From: Epithemia pelagica | Taxonomy: Eukaryota > Protista > Bacillariophyta | Direction of reading: 5' to 3' | Assembly (NCBI GenBank): GCA_946965045.2 | Contig: OX337240.1 | Span: forward strand, 1,674,001-1,738,000 | Length of the DNA stretch: 64,000 nucleotides | Shown here: positions 55,958-64,000 of the stretch, piece by piece | Numbering within the stretch: position 1 is the first letter of the stretch | Layout: every line of letters begins with the position of its first letter | Notes under the pieces: generated by a model | Database searches by the model: none | What the model saw: only the letters and a program-made list of their open reading frames with translations | What the model was told of the DNA's origin: nothing | Program-made: the position numbers and the translations under genes

Positions 55958-58906
55958 ATGGCATGGAGTACTTCGCAACAAGTGGCCTTGGCCATGTTGC
56001 CCAAAATTTCTTCCGTCTTGTCCTTGTTTGGTTCGATTTGGATTTCCATTGAAGTGGTGACGGATTCGGAAATTCCCAAATTGCGACATCCCTATCATCG
56101 ATTGTTGTTGGCCATGTCGGTCTACGATATTTTGGAATCGGTCTGGAATTTTATGAGTACCTGGCCCATTCCCCGAGACACGGAGGGGGTGTGGGATCCT
56201 CGCGGCACCACACAAACATGTACGGCGCAAGGCTTTTTCTTGACCTTGTCCGTGGCGGTTCCCATTTACAATGCCTTCTTGTCACTCTACTACATGTTGG
56301 TCATCAATTATAGTTATTCCGACCGCGTGTTGCGACGTCGCGTGGAGCCTGCCATGCATGTCACGGCCTTTGTGTGGGCCTTTGGTACGGCCTTGGTGTC
56401 GGCCTGGATGGGTTTGATCAACAATGCCAATTTGTGGTGTTGGATTGCTCCCTATCCGAGTGGATGCAAGGATTCACGACGCTATGGCAGCGATCAAGCC
56501 AATTGCGAACGGGGAGACAATGCCTGGATTTATCGATGGGCCTTTTATTTTGCACCCCTTTGGTTCTGTATCTTGGTAGCCAGTACGTCTTGCTTGTTGT
56601 GGTGTTTTGCGGCCGTGTCGTCGGTTGAACTAGCACACTGACGTTGTCGTTTGCGGCTGTTTTCCTTGCCCTTGCTTCTCTTTTTTCCTCTCTCGTAGCC
56701 GTTTGCACCGTCAAGGTCTATTCCAAAGTCCATCGGTACGATCGAAGAAGCTTGAAATATCGCAAACCAGAACGTGGATCCTTTATGGGAATGCGATGGA
56801 CCGAACAAAATCATCAGCAACGGCAACGATTCAGCTTTCAAAGTAACGAAATGGTGCCAGCCGCAAGTCGTCATGGTGGTGGTGGTCCTTCCCAATCCTC
56901 ATTGACACCCGCCACCCTTGCGGCGGCCGCACGCAAAGTTCGATTTGACGATGATTGTCGAAGTGAAAGTTCGGTGGATCCGGATTTTGCCTCTGGGGCG
57001 GCAGTCGGTGCTGCTGCTGGTGCCATTTCTGCCGTGGGAGCCACTCCAACTGCGGAAGGAACAGGCCATGATGGTCAACCAGAGACCTCCTCGAACAGCT
57101 GTACCAATCCATGCTGGTTGTGGGTGTCCTCCCTTCCACAACGATTTCGACCATGGAGAGAGAAACGGAAATTATTTGCGCAAGATAATCCTCGGACAGC
57201 CGAAGTGCGACAACAGGTTCGTCCTTGTCATGGTTTGTTTCGGGTATAGGCGCCGTCGAGGCGAATGTCATTTCTCTTACACCGTCGTTTGTTGTCTTGG
57301 TATGATTGTTCTTTTTTAGGCTCTGTGGTACCTCATTACATTTTATCTGACCCATGTCTGGTCCACCACCAATCGGATCATTCAACAATCGCGAGATGGA
57401 AAAACGTATTTTGGAATTATCATCATTCATTCCTTTTTCGATCCCCTCCAAGGCTTTTTGAATTTCCTCGTCTACCAACGACCCCGCTACTTGCGTGGAC
57501 GCAAAGAACATCCCGAGTGGACAACCTGGCAAGCCTTGACCCACGTTCTAAGGTTTTCCTTTCAACGATCCTCCAATAGCAAGGGGAGTACGAAACGTGG
57601 AACATCCAGTGTCTTGTCGCAGGGAGGAGGAGAAGACCGATGCACGCACAGCATCCATGAAGGACCTCCGGATGATGAGGAGGACCATGCTCAGAATCAA
57701 CAGTACCATCGCAATGACCATGACTACAGCAACAGCAACCAAACCTATTGCGAATTACCTGAGCTGTCTGTCTGCAATGTGATTATAGAAGAGACGGAAA
57801 AAGACTTTTCGTCGCGATCGTTGCTCGCAGCTCAATTCCGTGGTAGTATCAGCAGTAATAATGGTGGACTCGATGAACTCGTCACGGGGGAAGATTCCGC
57901 CACAGTTCCTCCCACCGAAACATCGACCGATCAAACATCGTTTCGATCCATTCTGGAAGCTCAATTGCGAGACAGTGTGGACGATTCCGAATCCGATGCT
58001 TCCATGGAGGAGACACCTGCTACTGCTGCTTTCGAACCAACAACAATCGAGGATGAGATATCTACCTCATTGGCTTCTCCCGATGAAGCTGCCTGTCAAG
58101 AAACAGATGTGAATGCTGAATCAACAACAAGCGAGAAGGAGAGCTCTACATCACTGCCTCCCCTCGTAGCTCCTTCTCACGAAAATAATGTGGATGCCGC
58201 TCCAATAAAGGATCTGGTTCCAGTTGAATCAGATGAAACCAGTGTCTCAAAGTATGAGGAAAAGAAGGATTCCTGGTCGGATTCTCTTGCGAACGAAAGG
58301 TCAACCCACAAAATCACTTCTCAAAATGATATGGAAGCAGAAACCACTATGGAACATGCCGTAGACGATGATCGGGCCACTGCTCTCTCTTCAGCTGCGT
58401 CCGTAGATCAAAGCTTGCTGAGACCAGAAAGAGATGATACGTCTTCCAATGGCCTAGAGGAGGAGGTAACGAATGCATCGAATGAGTTGGTTGAATCATC
58501 AGTCTCGACTGGTGCAAATATTCCACTTCCGACAGAAATGTCGACGGACCAAACTGCGTTCAGTTCAACGATAGATACTCCATTTGGCAATGATTTGGAC
58601 GCAGAGCCAAATAGCTCCACAGTGGAGGAAGGTCACGCCATTGCCCTTCACACAGCTGCTTTATCGGACCAAACCAGATCGGTGATGGATGCACCGTTTC
58701 TCCATACTGTGGATGAAACCATTGTCTTCAAAAACAATTCTAATACCACAGACCAGACATCGTCCAGATCCATTAGAAGCATTGATGGGGACGAACGAAA
58801 CGCCACTGGGTGGGGACAGGATTCCTCCGAGGCTCCTGAAACAATGACTTTCCGTCAGATAGAGCCAATAATAGAGGACGACAGCATAACGAGTGGTGTA
58901 GATTGA
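55958..58906 (+). CDS. 7TM GPCR-like receptor, join(55958..56582,56699..57216,57320..58906)
   Basis: Five TMs in exon 1 (YHRLLLAMS, CTAQGFFL, NLWCWIAPYP). TM6-7 are recovered after splicing (QQ|ALWYLITFYLT...FFDPLQGFLNFLVYQRPR). Long acidic tail. Confidence 0.88.
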
Positions 58907-59628
58907 CCACTCACACGGGAGATACCTAAATACACGCTACATACACAATGGAAAGACAAGGTTGGCTTTCCAAATTTCATAAATTTACTGTAATGTGTAG
59001 ATACAGACAAACGTGAAAAATAGGGCGAACAAAAATACACAACGATGCGGCTTGTTTCCCCATGTGCAATGACGATGATAGGCTAAAAGCAATAACAGCT
59101 TATCGTTTATGCTACCCACGAGTCGTTTCCTCCCACATTTGTATGTCTTTCCTTTTCCAGTTAAATTTGATGGCATTATTCCTTCTCCTGCCATTTCAGC
59201 GGCGAACTATTCTTTACCTTGGACGGATCGATAATTTCATCTGGAGAATGTTGTGTTGTGAATAAGGACGGCGTGGTATTGGTACCAAAACTAGAACAAA
59301 GTGCCACAACTCTTGCAACTTGCAACCGCTTATTTCATTCAACACATGCTAGGAGTAGTTTTTAGTTTTTGCTAGCTCAGAGCACAAAAAAGAACCGTGG
59401 TTGGGACGGGACATTCGGATGTCTTTGCCCAACACTTAATCTTGTCTTCTTGCCACTTCTATGGGAGCTTCGGTCCCCAAACTTCCGAGCTGCACTCCAT
59501 CCGCAGAACCAACATATATTTCGTGCTTTCCTCTTTGGTTGTAAGAGTTAGATGAAATGATTCTTCCACGATACTTTTGCTTTCTGCCGTCCCATGAGCA
59601 ACTGCACTTCGCAACTACACCCATAAAC

Positions 59629-61686
59629 TTAGTAAGCTTCCATCGGCATCACAGCTGTTCCATCAAAGCCCGAAGAAAGAGAACCATCGACGTCTCCGTA
59701 CTGCTCGTCGTCGTCATTATTGCTATCATGCTCGGTAGCGGACTCTTGGTTCGAACCACTACAGTTAGTGGTTTTCTGATTCGTTTGATTTGTGGAACGA
59801 ATAGTGCTCGGTTTAGATTCCTCCCGTTGAAATTTCCCATTCATTCGCTTGGCAGGAAAGAGAATCGATTTGACAAGGGATCGTTTCTCGGTCGTTTTGA
59901 GTTTTTGCATATCAAAAGTGTCGATTTGCTTAGCATTGATAGAAGACCAATCGTAGGGGGTGAATACGACCTTGACGGTAGCATTGTTCTTCTTGGCCGA
60001 TTCAATAATGCGTTCCAATTCTTGTTTCTTGACGCCTTGCAAAAACTGCAACAACCGTTGGGGGTCACAAAATCGACCTTGTACCAGGCAAAGATTTTGT
60101 TGAGTTTTAGTTCGTATCGTTTGGCATCCATTGCCAAATGAGCAGCATCTTCAAAGAAAAAGAGGGCCGCCAATCGCAACTCCTCCTCCAAATTCTCGGG
60201 AATATAAAAGGACACGGGAGGACATGACCGGGTCCCAAAGTTGAGGGCAAAATGAATGCGACAAGTTGGGTTGTGAATGGCGTAGGCCAGTCGAGGATCC
60301 GTCTTGCCAAATTGCAATGACAATGCGTAGGGGGCCTTGCGATTGCCTCGCAGAATTCCATTTTCCCAATCTTGAAGGTTATAGACATGACCTCCCAACT
60401 GAAACGAGACATTGTTGTAGAAAATGAACCGATTGTAATCGGTATCGCCGGTACCCACCTTGACAAAGGCATACTTGACCATGAGATTATACACATTGAT
60501 CCCAAACGCCTGTCTCATTGAACATGAAGAAACATTGAGAACCGACATGAGATGACAGTTTAAAATTGTCTGTTGCTGGTGTTTCCAGCGTGACGTACCG
60601 CTTTGGACCGATCGTCCATATCCTGCAATGACACAACTTGGAGGGCGCAGACAGCTTCTTCAAAGACTGGGTACAAGGGATGAGCACGTGCAGCAACGTA
60701 ATCAATCAACCCATCTTCATCACTGGTGACACCCATGAGAATTCGACTCATGAGATGACTCAACTGAGACAAGAGTTCAAAGGCAGGTGTCCAGGACGAG
60801 GACTCAGCCGTTGCTTTTGGAGCCGCCGTGAGCGTGATCCATGGTTCCAGCGCTTGGGTCCATATCCGATAGGAGTTCAACACAAGAGGTTCTGCATAGC
60901 ATTGCAATCGATACAAGGCTTGGTTGTCCCATTTCGCGGCTGTAGTGACCGAGGAGTTTGGGCTGCTGTGGACGGTTTCGTCCGTGACGGGAGCAAACAA
61001 TTGGTGTTGCATCATTAGCTGAATTGCCAATTCTTGGGCCAGAGACTCAGACACTTGATAATGACGTGACAAGGCTTGAATGCGTCCTTTCCGCAAAAGA
61101 CGTTGCGATGAACCGTCAATCGTTTGGTCGTATCTTGAATGGGTAGAATTTCTTGAAGCAATTGCGTCATTTCCAAAATGGTCTTGTTGTTGTCTGATTT
61201 ATTGCTACTCCACGGCAATTGAATGCAGTGCCGATCCGCTCCTCGTTGTTCTCGAAAAAATGTCAAAAAGTCGTCCTCGTTCTTCTCTTTACTGCCCTTT
61301 GCCTCTTTCGTTTCAGTTTGTTGTTCGTCTTCCTGTGACCGGTAATTCTCTTGTGTTTCCTCAGGCAATTGAAATCTTGGATTGGAGGGATCAAAATGTT
61401 GTTCTATTTCTTGTTGAAACCGATGATAGGCAGACTTGTAACGGGGATCGGCATCCCACTCTTCCAAGAGGGCCAAGGTATCGTCCATGCCACCCACATG
61501 ACGGGTATTGAAAAAGACTTGAGGCGTCGAAGATCGATGCTGACTTAGCACAATCATGTCATTGCGTTTCTGCGGATACTTGGTAATGCTTATCGTAACA
61601 TAGGGAATGCCTCGTGCCGTAAAGGCCGATTCCACTCGACGACAATACGGACAGTGTTCGGCAGTAAAAATCGTAATGCGGCCCAT
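59629..61686 (-). pseudogene. Class IV-type glutaredoxin (Grx-DEP-DUF547) with two 1-bp frameshifts; intron 60510..60598
   Basis: CPYC and STPQVFFN (Grx); FCGKDA/IQALSRHY (DEP-like, frameshift ~61080); AFGINVYNLM, LQDWENGILRGN, RIHFALNFGTRSCPPV (DUF547); second frameshift in the G5 run 60060-60064. Confidence 0.85.
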
Positions 61687-62477
61687 GATCAAACACAGAG
61701 GTAAAGGATACGAGCTGACATGAGGGAGACACTGAAACTCAATCAATGACTACAAGCCTTCACAGTAGATACAAACATCCACAATATATGCCTGTTGCAC
61801 GACTTGGTTGATTGTCGGTGGTTTGCTATTGTTATCTCTTGATTTGTTTGATGTACGAGTAAAATGAGAGGCCGTCAAGAACAAAAATGAACAAAATAAT
61901 GTCCAAACGTCGCTCCAAAGAACAAAAACGTACCCAACCGTCATCATAGACACTTGAAATGACTGGTCCAGCTGTAGTGGGGGAAACGAATAACACGAAT
62001 ATAAGAAACCAGTGTGTCATGGCCCCACAACGATCGAAAGAGTGGCGTAAAAAGAGTGCACCCCCAACCAAAAACGCTTCGCGCCAGGCCACTTTTACAA
62101 AGCAACGTACCGCCACATTTTCACTTTTCCTACATCTTGGGGTTGTCGTTCCCATTAGTCTATATTCGTACAGTAATGATTGTCAAGGACCCTTCTCGGA
62201 CACTCAGTTGATATCTTTTGCGTATTATAGTCGCATGTGGATGATACATGACGAAGTAGTAGTTGGGGACTCCATGATGTGGTGTGGCATTTCTACGGTG
62301 GTCGACTCTACGTTGTTGTTGTTGTTGTTTTCGGTCGTGACACCAGGAATTGGAATGAACGATGCCTTACCATGGCAAGAATCTCTGAACAATTTCGTTG
62401 TTGCTTCACTGGACGGTTTCTGCACAACCGGCAAAAAACAGATTCATGAAGGAATAATATTTACCACCCACAAAATC

Positions 62478-64000
62478 TCAGTGATGATAGGGCGGAACCT
62501 TTTGAATTTCCTGCGAAGTCGCAAACCAAAACGACACATGAGCGCCAGTAAGAGCACAGCGCCTTGCTTTGAAAGCGCATTAAATGCTTGACGGTCCAGT
62601 TCAAACGTACCGTTTTGAGATCAAGTATCTCTGCTTTCAAGTCTCTCTTGACATCATTCACTAAATCAGACACAACATGTTCCATATAATTCATTTGACC
62701 CGTCCATTCTTGTTCGATGGTTTCATGTTCCGACACAGACTCCACCTTTTCCTTCTCCAAACCAAACAAAAAACTCGAAATGGTACGAACCAACCCATGA
62801 TTGAATTTTCCAAGGGCATCGTACATGAACTCCGTGTTGTCGGGAAGTATCCAACGAAATGCATCGTCCAGGAGAAAGGTGGCGACCACCCACAATCCAG
62901 CTCCCAACAAGAGGGCAAGAACCACAACTGAGATAAAAGGTCAATGCAAAACACGTCAGTGCCAAACAGATATTGTGAGCGAGTACCACAGATGCTAAAT
63001 TTCTCTGTATCGCGACAGTTTCTCAAACTTACGAACCACAAAGTACGCAATGTCTTTTGCCTGAGACGACCCGCCCAAGGAAAAGGCCGCAGAGACAATC
63101 CATGCCTCTGTGAACAAGGCCGTGGTGAGAATTGCAATTAACACCAACCACCGTCCCAAATGCGTGATACGATTCCATCGCAACTGGTTGCCAGAAAGGT
63201 CCGTCTTTGGCCGGAGGCGCCGCCGCCGTCTTGGTTTCAAAAAGTTCTCGAGAGCTTCGTTTTGTGCGACAAACATGATTCGAGCACGGCCAAACAACAC
63301 TTGACCCCGCAACGTTGCCTTTTCGTACGAGTCGGCAATAATCGCAATGAGAACATTCAATAGAACAATCACTCCAAACATGGTAAAGACAACAAACAAA
63401 ATGGTTGTTCCATGTGTCGCAATCAAATTGTCCAACTCGACGTCACCCACCAGCATACCCTGCACATGCAACAATAATGGTACAGTCGAATAGGTCCTGT
63501 AAGCGACAATCGTAGTATCAAGTGTTAAACGGATTGCACATTACTTACATAGACTCGAATATAGGATTCCGAGGACGAGGAACAGAAATCTTCAATGGCC
63601 TCCGATTCAAACTCTCCCTTTTCACAGTAGTCGCCATTGTCTTTTTCGCTCACAGCCAAGTGAAGCATATCTATAGACACCAAAATCACTCAGATGATTG
63701 TCCCTGAAACTCCCGTAAAGGATTGACAAAACTAGAAAGGTACGTACCTCCAAACATAAAGACGCAGACTGCCAACACTAACACAAAGAATCGAATATCA
63801 TAGAGGATTTGCGACAGTGCCATGATAAAGGTTGCCATATCCTTGTTCACCACTTTCAGAAAGGCCAACACTTTGATCCAGAGCAATCCCACCACAAAGG
63901 CATTGAGGCCATTTCGAGATTTGCTATCATGTCCATTGAGAAAGGTTGTAATCACGGTAAGAACAATGGCATTGAAACCAAAAATGTTCCACATGTCGAG
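62478..64000 (-). CDS. 3' part of a TRP-like/ion-transport cation channel, multi-exon, runs off the right edge
   Basis: LLWIKVLAFLKVVNKDMATFIMALSQI, pore-like RVY|GMLVGD, S6/TRP-like IVLLNVLIAIIADSYE. GT-AG introns e.g. 63671..63747 and 63460..63548. Confidence 0.85.

Noticed and set aside
1-64000. CRISPR arrays, rRNA or complete tRNA genes
   Set aside because: None seen. The only tRNA-like sequence is the 14-nt anticodon-arm match at the PBS.

Overview
Eukaryotic nuclear DNA, most likely a (raphid pennate) diatom. Evidence: short GT-AG introns, an RPB1 CTD of YSPTSPA heptads, a signal peptide + 'TAF' plastid-type presequence, diatom-style LRR/GPCR families and CoDi-like Ty1/copia elements. 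Left to right: gag of a copia element running off the left edge (missed by the ORF track); an LRR membrane protein with a decayed tail; TAF1 (frame split by a 19-bp tandem duplication); a DHHC palmitoyltransferase; two tandem TM-anchored calflagin-like EF-hand genes, the second interrupted by a complete 8.4-kb copia element (identical 783-bp LTRs, CGCCG TSD); RPB1; a carotenoid oxygenase; a low-complexity protein; three small CaaX-ending proteins around an SDR; two orphan secreted/membrane proteins; DUF296; a 7TM receptor; a Grx-DEP-DUF547 gene; the 3' end of a TRP-like channel. Best leads: (1) the copia element has an extra 259-aa ORF, a repeat-rich inter-ORF spacer, a chromodomain-like module and a primer site matching a tRNA-Asn anticodon arm; (2) a cluster of three GTPase-less prenylation-motif proteins sharing an RLxAERRExQ[WF] motif; (3) many disabling lesions, including three in-frame TAG codons in otherwise conserved frames. 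Family assignments come from motif recognition by eye, not database searches.
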